From Clostridia bacterium (GTDB taxonomy: Bacteria; Bacillota; Clostridia; UMGS1883): DNA of 64,000 nucleotides. Below are positions 1 to 9,407 of this stretch, piece after piece. The notes beneath the pieces were generated by a model that saw only the letters and a program-made list of their open reading frames with translations, did not search any database and was not told where the DNA came from. The DNA lies in NCBI GenBank assembly GCA_045546275.1, contig JAZQCM010000001.1:183079-247078 (forward strand), given 5' to 3'. Each line of letters starts with the position of its first letter. Position 1 is the first letter of the stretch. A program made the position numbers and the translations under genes.

Positions 1-81
1 GAAACCTATAATGTTTTAAAAAGCGAAAAAATCGCAGATAAAAAAATTCAGCTTTTAAGGGATTATAAGATAATCTAAAAG

Positions 82-110
82 TTGACAATTAAGAAAAAAA
101 GTTGTATAAT
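82..110 (+). promoter_or_regulatory. sigma-A-type promoter TTGACA-17-TATAAT upstream of ilvA. An 8-bp inverted repeat GTTGTATA..TATACAAC overlaps the -10.
   Basis: TTGACA at 82-87, 17-nt spacer, TATAAT at 105-110; palindrome spans 101-120. Confidence 0.6.
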
Positions 111-143
111 TTTATACAACTTTTTTATATAGAAGGTGTTTTT

Positions 144-1337
144 ATGGTTACATTAGACAAGGTTTATCACGCATCACACGTTTTGAAGGATGTTATCAGA
201 GCTACAGATTTGATTAAGGCTCCAAATATTAATCCCGAAAGCGATATTTATCTTAAAACTGAAAACCTGCAAATTACAGGTTCTTTCAAGGTTCGTGGTG
301 CATATTATAAAATTTCTCAGCTTTCCCAGGAGGAAAAGGAGAGAGGTGTTATCGCTTGTTCTGCGGGCAACCATGCGCAGGGCGTTGCGTTAGCAGCTCA
401 GAAAGCAGGCATTAAGTCACTCATTTGCCTTCCCGATGGTGCGCCCATTTCCAAGGTTGAAGCCACAAAGGGCTATGGCGCTGAGGTTTGCATGGTAAAA
501 GGCGTTTACGACGATGCCTACAACAAAGCACTTGAATTGAAGGATGAAATGGGTTATACATTCATTCATCCCTTTGACGATGAGCAGGTTATTGCAGGTC
601 AGGGTACAATTGGTCTTGAAATTTTAGAGCAGCTTCGTGATGTTGATGCAGTTATTGTTCCTGTTGGCGGTGGCGGTCTCATTTCAGGTGTTGCATTTGC
701 AATTAAGAGTCTAAATCCCAACATTAAAGTTTACGGCGTTCAGGCAGAAGGCGCAAGCAGCATGGTGAACTCTGTTCATGACCACCAGATTGAAAAACTT
801 GAAAGCGTAAAAACAATTGCTGATGGTATTGCTGTTAAGGAACCCGGCAAGTTAACCTTTGAAATTTGCGAAAAGTATGTTGACGAGCTTGTAACAGTTA
901 CCGAAGACGAAATTTCAACTGCCATCCTCACACTTATTGAACAGCATAAGTTGATTGCTGAAGGTGCAGGTGCAGTAAGCGTTGCGGCGGCACTTTTCAA
1001 CAAGGTTCCCGTAAAGGGCAAAAAGGTTGTTTGCGTGGTTTCAGGTGGTAATATTGACGTTACAATTTTGTCAAGAGTAATCAAGCGAGGTCTCTTTAAG
1101 AGTGGCAGAAGCTGTCAGTTGGTTGTTGAGCTTGTTGATAAGCCCGGTCAGCTTGTTGGTGTTTCGCAGATTATTGCAGACCATGGCGGCAACGTAACAA
1201 GTGTACATCACGAAAGGGCAAACGAAAACAGCGACGTTAACGGATGCTTCTTAAGAATTATTATGGAAACAAGAAACTTTGACCATATTAATGAAATTAA
1301 AAAAGCACTTACCGACGGTGGTTACAAATTAGTATAA
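144..1337 (+). CDS. ilvA: Threonine ammonia-lyase (threonine dehydratase), PLP-dependent, with a C-terminal ACT-like regulatory domain
   Basis: PLP-lysine motif SFKVRGA and glycine loop GGGGL. RBS GAAGGTG lies 5 nt before the ATG at 144; the ORF-track start at 102 lacks an RBS. Confidence 0.9.
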   Translation: MVTLDKVYHASHVLKDVIRATDLIKAPNINPESDIYLKTENLQITGSFKVRGAYYKISQLSQEEKERGVIACSAGNHAQGVALAAQKAGIKSLICLPDGAPISKVEATKGYGAEVCMVKGVYDDAYNKALELKDEMGYTFIHPFDDEQVIAGQGTIGLEILEQLRDVDAVIVPVGGGGLISGVAFAIKSLNPNIKVYGVQAEGASSMVNSVHDHQIEKLESVKTIADGIAVKEPGKLTFEICEKYVDELVTVTEDEISTAILTLIEQHKLIAEGAGAVSVAAALFNKVPVKGKKVVCVVSGGNIDVTILSRVIKRGLFKSGRSCQLVVELVDKPGQLVGVSQIIADHGGNVTSVHHERANENSDVNGCFLRIIMETRNFDHINEIKKALTDGGYKLV

Positions 1338-1348
1338 GGAGTGTTATT

Positions 1349-1723
1349 ATGAGCGAAAAGATTTACACAAACAATGCGCCTGATGCAATAGGTCCTTATT
1401 CACAGGCGATAAAGGTTGGAAACTTTGTTTTTACATCGGGTCAGATTGCAATTAATCCCGAAAGCGGAAACGTTGAAGCTGTTACCATTGAAGAACAGAC
1501 CACCCAGGTAATGAAAAACCTTGGCGCTGTTTTAGAGGCAGCCGGTACAAGCTTTGAAAAAGCTGTTAAAACAACTTGCTTTTTAAAAAACATGAGCGAT
1601 TTTGCGGCATTCAATGCAATATACGGTGAGTACTTCACAAGTAAGCCTGCAAGAAGCTGTGTTGCAGCAGCGGAGCTTCCCAAGGGTGTTTTAGTTGAAG
1701 TTGAAGTTATAGCTGAAATATAA
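1349..1723 (+). CDS. ridA: RidA/YjgF family reactive-intermediate (enamine/imine) deaminase
   Basis: 124 aa, typical RidA length and sequence (PYSQA..GQI). Classic pairing with a threonine dehydratase. RBS AAGGAG. Confidence 0.85.
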   Translation: MSEKIYTNNAPDAIGPYSQAIKVGNFVFTSGQIAINPESGNVEAVTIEEQTTQVMKNLGAVLEAAGTSFEKAVKTTCFLKNMSDFAAFNAIYGEYFTSKPARSCVAAAELPKGVLVEVEVIAEI

Positions 1724-1730
1724 TTAATAT

Positions 1731-1770
1731 TAACAGGTATCTTTAAAGGTGCCTGTTATTTTTTTGCATA
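1731..1770 (+). terminator. Intrinsic terminator after ridA
   Basis: Hairpin AACAGG...CCTGTT followed by a T-run. Confidence 0.6.
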
Positions 1771-1816
1771 AAATACTCTTTGTCCAATATACATAGCTGT
1801 ATAAAGGTGATGTTTT

Positions 1817-2665
1817 ATGAAGTATGAAAAATATTTCCCAAATGAATTTGCCGCATGGCTCGACAAATACGCAAAAAAAGCTACCGACATAACCCTTATT
1901 CGTGATAAAAATATGTTTATTTCGGAAAACGGAAAGCTGATAATTTCTGAATTGTTAGTAAGTGCATATCTTTTGAACAATATAGTTGAAAAGATGTGTA
2001 ACGGCAGTGTTTATGCAAGTCAGCACATGCTAAAGAAAGGATATATTAAGCTTTCTGACGGGACAAGAATCGGGGTTACAGGGAAAATTGTTTCAGACGA
2101 AAACAGCGTTGCAACTCACATGCGGGACATCAGTGCCATAAATATAAGAGTGCCAAGGGAAATAATCGGCGCTGCAAAGGATATTATTCCCTATATTGCT
2201 GAAAATGATAATATTTTCAACACTCTCATTATCGGACCTCCGTCATCGGGCAAAACCACAATTTTACGTGATATTATTTCATTTTGCGGAAACAGATTCA
2301 GAACAGGGATTGCGGACGAGCGAGGCGAACTTTCAGAAAGGTTTAATCTTGGTAATTTTACCTTTTCTATGCAGGGTGGAAGCAAGGAGGAAATGATGAT
2401 AATGCTTTTAAGGAGTATGTCACCTGATGTGATTTTTACCGATGAAGTTGGAACAAAAGAGGATGAAAATGCCATTAAAAAGCTTATAAATGCCGGAGTG
2501 AAAATAATTTGCACTGCTCATGGATACAATGTGGAGGACTTATTAAGACGAACTGTATTGAAAGAGCTTATTTTGAACAAAGTTTTTGAAAGGCTTGTTA
2601 TAATTTCAAAAAGAAATGGCGTTGGAACCTTGGAAAAAATAATTAATACGGAGGATATAGCATGA
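1817..2665 (+). CDS. spoIIIAA: Stage III sporulation protein AA (AAA+ ATPase)
   Basis: Walker A GPPSSGKTT. First gene of an eight-gene co-directional spoIIIA-like operon. Confidence 0.85.
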   Translation: MKYEKYFPNEFAAWLDKYAKKATDITLIRDKNMFISENGKLIISELLVSAYLLNNIVEKMCNGSVYASQHMLKKGYIKLSDGTRIGVTGKIVSDENSVATHMRDISAINIRVPREIIGAAKDIIPYIAENDNIFNTLIIGPPSSGKTTILRDIISFCGNRFRTGIADERGELSERFNLGNFTFSMQGGSKEEMMIMLLRSMSPDVIFTDEVGTKEDENAIKKLINAGVKIICTAHGYNVEDLLRRTVLKELILNKVFERLVIISKRNGVGTLEKIINTEDIA

Positions 2666-3144
2666 TTAAAATGCTTGGACTTTTATCAGTTTTCTTTTCT
2701 GCGGCATTAACGGGTGTATTTATGTACAAAAGACTAAACGAACGAACAGAAATTTTAAAAGAGACAAAAACATGTGCAATACATATTAAAAATGAAATTG
2801 AATACCGTAAAGCACCCTTGGACGAATGCTTCAAGGGCAGAGGAAAGCTTTTTTCAAATGCGTACAAGTTAATTAATAACGGTGAACTTCCGCCAAAAGA
2901 AGCAATCAAAACCGCTCTAAAGCCTCTTGAAGCTTTTTCATTGGACGACCGTCTTGTTATAGAAGCGTTTGCAGAAAACCTCTCCTGCGAGGATTTGAAA
3001 GGGCAAATTGCAAACTTAGAAATGTTTATAGCGTCCTTAAATGAAAATATTAAGTTGGCAACTACGGAAAGCTCCAACAAGGGAAAGCTGTTTTGCTACG
3101 GCGGGGTGCTTACAGGCATAGGTTTAGTTATTGTTTTGCTTTGA
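2662..3144 (+). CDS. spoIIIAB: Stage III sporulation protein AB
   Basis: 160 aa with an N-terminal TM segment. Its position and 4-nt overlap with spoIIIAA match spoIIIA operon synteny. Confidence 0.7.
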   Translation: MIKMLGLLSVFFSAALTGVFMYKRLNERTEILKETKTCAIHIKNEIEYRKAPLDECFKGRGKLFSNAYKLINNGELPPKEAIKTALKPLEAFSLDDRLVIEAFAENLSCEDLKGQIANLEMFIASLNENIKLATTESSNKGKLFCYGGVLTGIGLVIVLL

Positions 3145-3159
3145 TGAAAGGATAAATGT

Positions 3160-3354
3160 ATGAATGTTGATTTAATTTTTCAGATAGCCGGTATTGGAAT
3201 TATTGTTGCTGTTTTAAACCAGCTGCTTGTGCGCTCAGGCAGGGAAGAGCAAGCGCTCATGACAACCCTTGCAGGCTTGCTGGTTGTTTTAATAATAATT
3301 GTGGAAAAAATAGGTGAGCTGTTTTCAACTGTAAAGTCAGTTTTCGGATTATGA
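3160..3354 (+). CDS. spoIIIAC: Stage III sporulation protein AC (small 2-TM protein)
   Basis: 64 aa, hydrophobic, in operon position. Confidence 0.75.
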   Translation: MNVDLIFQIAGIGIIVAVLNQLLVRSGREEQALMTTLAGLLVVLIIIVEKIGELFSTVKSVFGL

Positions 3355-3731
3355 ATATTTCTCTGTATTTTGCTTTGGCAATAGTAACCGCTTTCCTTTC
3401 GCTGTACTTAAAACAGGTAAAGCCGGAATATGCACTGTGCGTAAGCCTTTGCGGCGTTATTTTTATGCTTAGCGGAATAGTTCCGAGAGTTTTAGTTCTA
3501 ATGCAGGAAATAGAAAGCTTTGTTATGATAGACACAAACTATCTTGAACCTGTTTTGAAAATTATTGGGCTTTCTTATCTAACGCAATTTTCTTCTGATA
3601 TTTGCAAAGATGCGGGGGAAAACTCTTTGTCAAACCAGGTTATGACAATCGGAAAAATTACGGTATTGTTCATTGCAATGCCGATTATTAAAGATGTTTT
3701 AAGGCTGATTTCGAGCCTGTTGGAGAATTAG
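3351..3731 (+). CDS. spoIIIAD: Stage III sporulation protein AD
   Basis: 126 aa membrane protein, overlapping start, in operon position. Confidence 0.75.
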   Translation: MNISLYFALAIVTAFLSLYLKQVKPEYALCVSLCGVIFMLSGIVPRVLVLMQEIESFVMIDTNYLEPVLKIIGLSYLTQFSSDICKDAGENSLSNQVMTIGKITVLFIAMPIIKDVLRLISSLLEN

Positions 3732-3732
3732 A

Positions 3733-4779
3733 ATGGATAAGTATATTGAGGTTCCTGATTTAACGAAAATCAGTAGCGAAGGCTTGAAAAACATTGAACG
3801 GTTAATACCCTCATTCAGCTTTGAAACTATGATGGAAGAAATTACCGCTTCGAAGAATATTTTTAACCCCGGGCAAATTTTAAACACACTCTGCAAAATA
3901 TTTTTAGAAGAGATATATTCTTCTTTAAGGCTTTTGTCTGTGATTATGGCAATAATTCTTTTGGGTGCATTTTTAGAAAACTTAAGAGCATCGTACGAAT
4001 CAAATAATCTTAAAGCCGGGATTGTAAGTGTTTCGTTAGTAATAGGACTTGCAGTAAAGGTTTTTAAAACTATATCAGCATACGCATTAAATGTTAGTAC
4101 TGATATGTGCAATGTTATGTCGGCACTTTTGCCGATAATGCTGCCTCTTTTTGTTTCGTCGGGATTTGCACTTACAGGAAGTGCCATGCAGCCTGTGCTG
4201 TATTTTATGTGTAATTTATTTGCTGTTGCATTCACAAAGGTTTTAATACCTATATCTTCGGCATACCTTGCAATTTCACTTGCCGATGAAATGAGCGAGG
4301 GGGTGTCGCTTTCAAAATTACGTGAACTTATAAAGAAAATATACAATTTTATTCTGGGAATAATAATGACCGTTTTTACGGGCATTTTGGGCATAAGCAG
4401 CTTTGTAACCGTTGCACTGGATTCTGTTGGTGCAAAAGGTGCACGCTTTGCAATTTCCAGCATGGTGCCTATTGTGGGAGGGTCGGTTTCGGATGCATTG
4501 GGAGCGGTTGTTTCGGCGGCGGTTGTTTTAAAAAACACAATTGGGGTTGGTGGAATTATTTGCGTTCTGGCACTTTGCATTGTTCCTGTGCTTAAAATCG
4601 GAATAATTGTGCTTTTTATAAGGCTCACAAATGCAATAACAGAGCCTGTTGCCGAAAAGCACACCATTACGGCGCTTTCTGCAGTTGCAGACAGCTTAAG
4701 CATGGTAAACGCGGCGGTTATTTCGACCGCAATAATGATGATAATTTCAATAGGAATAATTATGGGGATAAAAGGATGA
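3733..4779 (+). CDS. spoIIIAE: Stage III sporulation protein AE (polytopic membrane protein)
   Basis: 348 aa, multi-TM, in operon position. Confidence 0.8.
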   Translation: MDKYIEVPDLTKISSEGLKNIERLIPSFSFETMMEEITASKNIFNPGQILNTLCKIFLEEIYSSLRLLSVIMAIILLGAFLENLRASYESNNLKAGIVSVSLVIGLAVKVFKTISAYALNVSTDMCNVMSALLPIMLPLFVSSGFALTGSAMQPVLYFMCNLFAVAFTKVLIPISSAYLAISLADEMSEGVSLSKLRELIKKIYNFILGIIMTVFTGILGISSFVTVALDSVGAKGARFAISSMVPIVGGSVSDALGAVVSAAVVLKNTIGVGGIICVLALCIVPVLKIGIIVLFIRLTNAITEPVAEKHTITALSAVADSLSMVNAAVISTAIMMIISIGIIMGIKG

Positions 4780-5198
4780 AAGATATTCTGTTTCAGGCTG
4801 TCGGCATTGCATTTTTAAGCGTTATATGTGATTTAATGATTAATGATGGAAATTTGAAAAAATATATAAGACTTGTTATTGGCTTTTTAATGATGAGTGT
4901 GCTTATAAAGCCAATAGATGTAGTTCTTCCAAAAGTTGATTTTGAAAAGTTTAATTATACGGAATTCTCCGAAGAACAATTAATGGCAGAAAGTGATGCA
5001 ATTGTCCTTGGTATGCATAAAGACAATATTGAAGAATATTTAAGGAGCACTTATAACCTTTCGGGCAAAATCTTTATTGAATTATTTTCAGACGGCAATG
5101 TTAAAGCTGTTTCATTTGAAGACAATTTATCAAACGAAAGCTTAATTGAAATCAAAAATAGTTTAAATTGTGAAAATGTTTACGTATTGGAGGGATAA
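4776..5198 (+). CDS. spoIIIAF: Stage III sporulation protein AF
   Basis: 140 aa, N-terminal TM, in operon position. Confidence 0.65.
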   Translation: MKDILFQAVGIAFLSVICDLMINDGNLKKYIRLVIGFLMMSVLIKPIDVVLPKVDFEKFNYTEFSEEQLMAESDAIVLGMHKDNIEEYLRSTYNLSGKIFIELFSDGNVKAVSFEDNLSNESLIEIKNSLNCENVYVLEG

Positions 5199-5199
5199 T

Positions 5200-5688
5200 A
5201 TGACATTTGACCTTAGAAAGCTCTTTGGTAATATTGCTGACAAGAAAGTCATATACATATCAGGAATAATAGGTGTTCTTTTGCTCTTTGTTTCAACCTT
5301 TGCTACGCATGATGAGCCTGAAATGGAGATGGTTGAAGAAACTAAGGATTACTGCACTGAAACGGAAGATAAAATGGAGTTCATACTTTCAAAAATAGAG
5401 GGTGTTGGAAAAGTTAATGTGATGATAACCCTAAAAAACAACGGTAACATCACATTGGCAAAGGATAAAGATGTTAATATTGAAAAAACAATTGTATTAA
5501 GCAAAAAAGGTGGTGGTGAGGAAACTCAGACTGTAAGTGAAGCATATCCTGAAATACAGGGGGTTGTTATTGTTGCAGATGGGGGCGGAAACATGAAAAC
5601 GAAAGAAAATCTGACCCTTGCTGCAAAAGCTCTTCTTAACACGGATGCTCATAAAATAATTGTATTTGAAAGGACTGTAGATAAATGA
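5200..5688 (+). CDS. spoIIIAG: Stage III sporulation protein AG
   Basis: RBS GGAGGG lies 5 nt before the ATG at 5200. N-terminal TM plus beta-rich periplasmic domain, in operon position. Confidence 0.7.
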   Translation: MTFDLRKLFGNIADKKVIYISGIIGVLLLFVSTFATHDEPEMEMVEETKDYCTETEDKMEFILSKIEGVGKVNVMITLKNNGNITLAKDKDVNIEKTIVLSKKGGGEETQTVSEAYPEIQGVVIVADGGGNMKTKENLTLAAKALLNTDAHKIIVFERTVDK

Positions 5689-6194
5689 TTTTTAAACGTA
5701 AACAACTTACACTCATTATGCTTGCGCTTTTAATCTGCATGGCAGGTTATTTGAATTTTGCATCAAAAAGTACAACCGTATCTGAGGATTACATGGGTCA
5801 GGCTAAGCTTGTGGGGAATATGGAGGACGGAAAAGTGAAAGAAAATGAAGATTTTTTTGCATCTGCAAGGCTCGAAAGAGAAGCCGGAAGAAGCAAATCC
5901 ATCGAAACATTCAACAGCGTAATCAATAATGCTAACAGTGCCCCTGAGGTTAAAACCGAGGCACAGAACGGCATTTTAAAGCTTGCCGATAACACAGAAA
6001 TGGAAACTGCAATAGAGAACCTGATAAAGGCGCGAGGCTTTGAAGATGCAGTTTGCTTTATTAATAATGACCAAGCAAATGTTGTGGTCAAATGTGATAA
6101 TCTTGAAGAACAAAAGGTTTCAATAATTACAGAAATTGTAACAGAACAAACCTCAATTTCTCCGGAAAAAATCAAAGTAGTTGAAATTAAATAA
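5685..6194 (+). CDS. spoIIIAH: Stage III sporulation protein AH (YscJ/FliF-like)
   Basis: 169 aa with an N-terminal TM. Last gene of the spoIIIA operon. Confidence 0.7.
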   Translation: MIFKRKQLTLIMLALLICMAGYLNFASKSTTVSEDYMGQAKLVGNMEDGKVKENEDFFASARLEREAGRSKSIETFNSVINNANSAPEVKTEAQNGILKLADNTEMETAIENLIKARGFEDAVCFINNDQANVVVKCDNLEEQKVSIITEIVTEQTSISPEKIKVVEIK

Positions 6195-6279
6195 AATACT
6201 TGATTATTTATCATAAAATTGTTATACTATAATAAGAAATATGCGGTTAAAACTGCAAATAAAGGACGGAGGAAAAAAC

Positions 6280-6663
6280 ATGGGTGAAAACTATATCTCC
6301 ACAGCAGGTGGTAATATCAGAATTTCCGAAGAGGTTATTTCTATAATTTCAGCAATTGCAGCAAAAGAAGTTGATGGCCTTGCATCAATGGGTGGTTCGC
6401 TTCTTTCCGGTCTTGGCGATCTTATAAGCAAGAAAAACCAGGGTAAGGGCGTAAAGGTTGAGTTTATTGATGATGGTATTGTAATTGAGCTCCACATCAC
6501 AGTGAAATTCGGTGCAAAAATTCGTGAAGTATCTGCCCTCATTCAGGAACAGGTTAAGAACGCTGTCGAAACAATGGTTAGTCTTAATGTTAAGGCTGTA
6601 AATGTTTTTGTTGATGGTATTGAACTTGAAAAAGCAAAAACAGTTGTTGAAGATGCAGAATAA
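6280..6663 (+). CDS. Asp23/Gls24 family alkaline shock protein (YqhY-like)
   Basis: Asp23-like sequence and ~128 aa length. It follows spoIIIAH as yqhY does in Bacillus. RBS GGAGG before the ATG at 6280. Confidence 0.8.
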   Translation: MGENYISTAGGNIRISEEVISIISAIAAKEVDGLASMGGSLLSGLGDLISKKNQGKGVKVEFIDDGIVIELHITVKFGAKIREVSALIQEQVKNAVETMVSLNVKAVNVFVDGIELEKAKTVVEDAE

Positions 6664-6697
6664 TTTATAAATTTTATATACAAAGGAGAGATTTAAA

Positions 6698-8185
6698 ATG
6701 AACAATATTCCCGTAGTAAAAGTTGGTGTTGTATCCGTAAGCCGTAACTGTTTCCCCATCAGTTTAAGCGCAAAAAGAAAAGAAGCCGTAAAGGCTGAAT
6801 GCGTAAAGGCTGGTCTTGATAACGTTTACGTTGCTGATACAATTATTGAAAACGAAATCGATGCAATGAAGGCGCTTGAAGAGCTTAAGGGCGTAGGAGC
6901 GAATGCACTTGTTCTTTTCCTTGGCAACTTCGGTCCCGAAATTCCCGAAACAATGCTTGCTCAGAAGTTCGATGGTCCCGTTATGGTTGTTGCTGCAGCT
7001 GAAGAAAGCCAGAACGACCTTTTTGACGGAAGAGGCGACGCTTACTGCGGTATGCTTAACGCTTCCTACAACCTTGACCTTCGTGGTGTAAAGGCATATA
7101 TCCCCGAATATCCCGTTGGTACAGCTGACGAAATTGCAAAGATGATTGCAGACTTTGAGCCTATCGCAAGAGTTATTATTGGTCTTCATGGCCTTAAGAT
7201 TTTCTCTTTCGGTCCTCGTCCTTACGACTTCATGGCTTGTAATGCACCTATTTCTCCTCTTTACAAGGACCTTGGTGTTGAAATCCAGGAAAACAGTGAG
7301 CTTGACCTTTACGCTGCATACCATGCACATAAGGATGACCCCAGAATTCCTGCAATTGTTGAAGAAATGGCAGCAGAAATCGGTTCAAATAATCCTTACG
7401 AAGGTATTCTTCCTCGTCTTGCACAGTATGAAATTACTCTTCTTGACTGGGCTGAAGAAAACAAGGGTGCTTCCAAGTACTTTATCTTTGCTAACAAGTG
7501 CTGGCCGGCATTCCAGACACAGTTTGGTTTTGTACCCTGCTATGTAAATGGCCGTTTGGCAGCTCGTGGTATTCCTGTAGCTTGCGAAACTGACATTTAT
7601 GGTGCAGTAAGTGAATACATAATCACATGTGCAACACAGAAAACAGCAACTTTGGTTGACATTAACAACTCCGTTCCTAAGGATATGTTCGAAGCTAACC
7701 CCGCTGAATTTGCAGGCTATAAGCTTACAGATACATTCATGGGCTTCCACTGCGGTAACACAGCTAAGGAATGCTTAACATGTGCATCCATGAGCTATCA
7801 GAGAATCATGAAGAGAGATCTTGAACCCGACACAGAACCCGATATTACACGTGGCACTTTGGAAGGTAACCTTATCCCCGGCGAAACAACAATCTTCCGT
7901 CTTCAGTCCACAAAGGATTCTGTTCTTCGTTCTTATGTTGCTGAAGGTGAAATTGCAAACCTTGACTGTAAGAGCTTTGGTGGTATTGGTATTTTCAAGA
8001 TTAAGGAAATGGGTCGTTTCTACCGTCATGTTCTTGTTGCTAAGTGCTATCCTCACCACGCAGGTATTGCATTCAAGCATGCAGGTAAGACTCTCTTTGC
8101 AGCAATGAAGCTTCTTGGTGTTGAAGACGTTGCTTACAACCAGCCTGCAGGTCTTCCTTACAAGGACGAAAATCCCTTCGGTTAA
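6698..8185 (+). CDS. L-fucose/L-arabinose isomerase family protein (FucI-like sugar isomerase, ~495 aa). It is not the canonical AraA.
   Basis: Length and sequence fit the FucI-like isomerase superfamily. It sits immediately upstream of araD. Confidence 0.55.
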   Translation: MNNIPVVKVGVVSVSRNCFPISLSAKRKEAVKAECVKAGLDNVYVADTIIENEIDAMKALEELKGVGANALVLFLGNFGPEIPETMLAQKFDGPVMVVAAAEESQNDLFDGRGDAYCGMLNASYNLDLRGVKAYIPEYPVGTADEIAKMIADFEPIARVIIGLHGLKIFSFGPRPYDFMACNAPISPLYKDLGVEIQENSELDLYAAYHAHKDDPRIPAIVEEMAAEIGSNNPYEGILPRLAQYEITLLDWAEENKGASKYFIFANKCWPAFQTQFGFVPCYVNGRLAARGIPVACETDIYGAVSEYIITCATQKTATLVDINNSVPKDMFEANPAEFAGYKLTDTFMGFHCGNTAKECLTCASMSYQRIMKRDLEPDTEPDITRGTLEGNLIPGETTIFRLQSTKDSVLRSYVAEGEIANLDCKSFGGIGIFKIKEMGRFYRHVLVAKCYPHHAGIAFKHAGKTLFAAMKLLGVEDVAYNQPAGLPYKDENPFG

Positions 8186-8205
8186 TTTCGGGAGGAGAGA
8201 GATAA

Positions 8206-8904
8206 ATGTTAGAAGCATTAAAAGAAGCCGTTTTACAGGCTAACTTAGAATTACCTAAGAAAAATCTTGTTACATACACTTGGGGTAACGTAAGTGGTAT
8301 TGACCGTGAAAAAGGTTTGATTGTTATTAAGCCCAGCGGTGTCAGCTATGAAGAAATGAAGGCAAGCGACATGGTTGTTCTTGACCTTCAGGGCAATAAG
8401 GTTGAAGGCGACATGCGTCCTTCCTCCGACACTCCCACTCATATTGCACTTTACAACCAGTACCCCGAATTAGGCGGCGTTGTTCACACTCATTCAAGAT
8501 GGGCAACAGTCTGGGCACAGGCAGGAAAGAGCATTCCTCCCTTAGGCACAACACACGCTGACTATTTCTATGGTGCAATTCCTTGTACAAGAAGACTTAC
8601 ACAGGAAGAAATCGAAGGCGAATATGAGCTTAATACAGGTAAGGTTATTATTGAAACCTTTACAAACCTTGGTATTAATCCTGTTCATGTTCCCGGTGTT
8701 GTTTGCTACAGCCATGGTCCTTTCTCCTGGGGTAAGGATCCCGACGAAGCTGTTCACAATGCTGTTGTAATGGAAGAAGTTGCTATGATGGCACTTAACA
8801 CAAAGCTTCTTAACCCTTCCATTGGCGATGTTGACAGCTACCTTCTTGATAAGCACTTCCTCCGTAAGCACGGCGCAAATGCTTATTATGGTCAGGGTAA
8901 ATAA
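8206..8904 (+). CDS. araD: L-ribulose-5-phosphate 4-epimerase (class II aldolase/adducin family)
   Basis: Conserved AraD blocks [15 protein letters not shown] and THADYFYG. 232 aa. Confidence 0.85.
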   Translation: MLEALKEAVLQANLELPKKNLVTYTWGNVSGIDREKGLIVIKPSGVSYEEMKASDMVVLDLQGNKVEGDMRPSSDTPTHIALYNQYPELGGVVHTHSRWATVWAQAGKSIPPLGTTHADYFYGAIPCTRRLTQEEIEGEYELNTGKVIIETFTNLGINPVHVPGVVCYSHGPFSWGKDPDEAVHNAVVMEEVAMMALNTKLLNPSIGDVDSYLLDKHFLRKHGANAYYGQGK

Positions 8905-8914
8905 TTAAATTATT

Positions 8915-8945
8915 AAACGCCACAGCGTAGCTGTGGCGTTTTTAT
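8915..8945 (+). terminator. Intrinsic terminator after araD
   Basis: AAACGCCACAGCG-TAG-CTGTGGCGTTTTT. Confidence 0.8.
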
Positions 8946-9140
8946 GTTGGAAATTGATGTATAAGTAAAGAGGTGACCCTACGGGGACGCGGTCAACTGT
9001 AACTGCTCTGTCGGCGCTTCGCTTGCCAATCGCAGACAGTTTTCGCATAAGCTCTGCCAAGCCAATCACACTTCGCAAAGCTCGTGTTCTTGGGGCAGTA
9101 GCTTATCGAACCTCGGGGTTCGCCATGCAGTAGTTTCCAA

Positions 9141-9180
9141 AAGAAAAAGAGAACATCCAAAGGATGTTCTCTTTTTCTTT
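9141..9180 (-). terminator. Perfect hairpin immediately 3' of tRNA-Glu
   Basis: AAAAGAAAAAGAGAACATCC-aaa-GGATGTTCTCTTTTTCTTTT, a perfect 20-bp palindrome with flanking A/T runs. Confidence 0.65.
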
Positions 9181-9256
9181 TGGTGACCCTACGGGGACTC
9201 GAACCCCGGTCTTCGCCGTGAGAGGGCGACGTCCTAGACCGCTAGACTATAAGGCC
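9181..9256 (-). tRNA. tRNA-Glu (anticodon CUC), 76 nt, with an encoded CCA end
   Basis: Cloverleaf folded by hand: acceptor GGCCTTA/TAGGGTC, anticodon stem TCGCC/GGCGA with loop C-U-CUC-A-C, T-arm CGGGG-TTCGAGT-CCCCG. Confidence 0.8.
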
Positions 9257-9407
9257 AAATCAAATTACTTAATTATATTAACACAAAGAAAATAATTTGT
9301 CAACATAAAACTTTTTCTGAAAATAATTTGAAATTTTTACAAATAAATGCAACTTTTTTCCACCCTGAAAAGTATTATAAATGAAAACACTCAAAGGAGA
9401 GAGAAAT

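Noticed and set aside
3699-4703. 334-aa minus-strand ORF antisense to spoIIIAE, and similar long antisense ORFs elsewhere (776-1084, 6764-7330, 20407-20868, 43611-43901, 44013-44465)
   Set aside because: They sit fully inside well-supported genes on the opposite strand and lack RBSs. They are frame artefacts of codon-biased coding sequence.
9141-9183. 20-bp perfect inverted repeat next to the tRNA, considered as a terminal inverted repeat of a mobile element
   Set aside because: It is a single hairpin immediately 3' of the tRNA with flanking A/T runs, best explained as a bidirectional intrinsic terminator. No second copy exists in the window.
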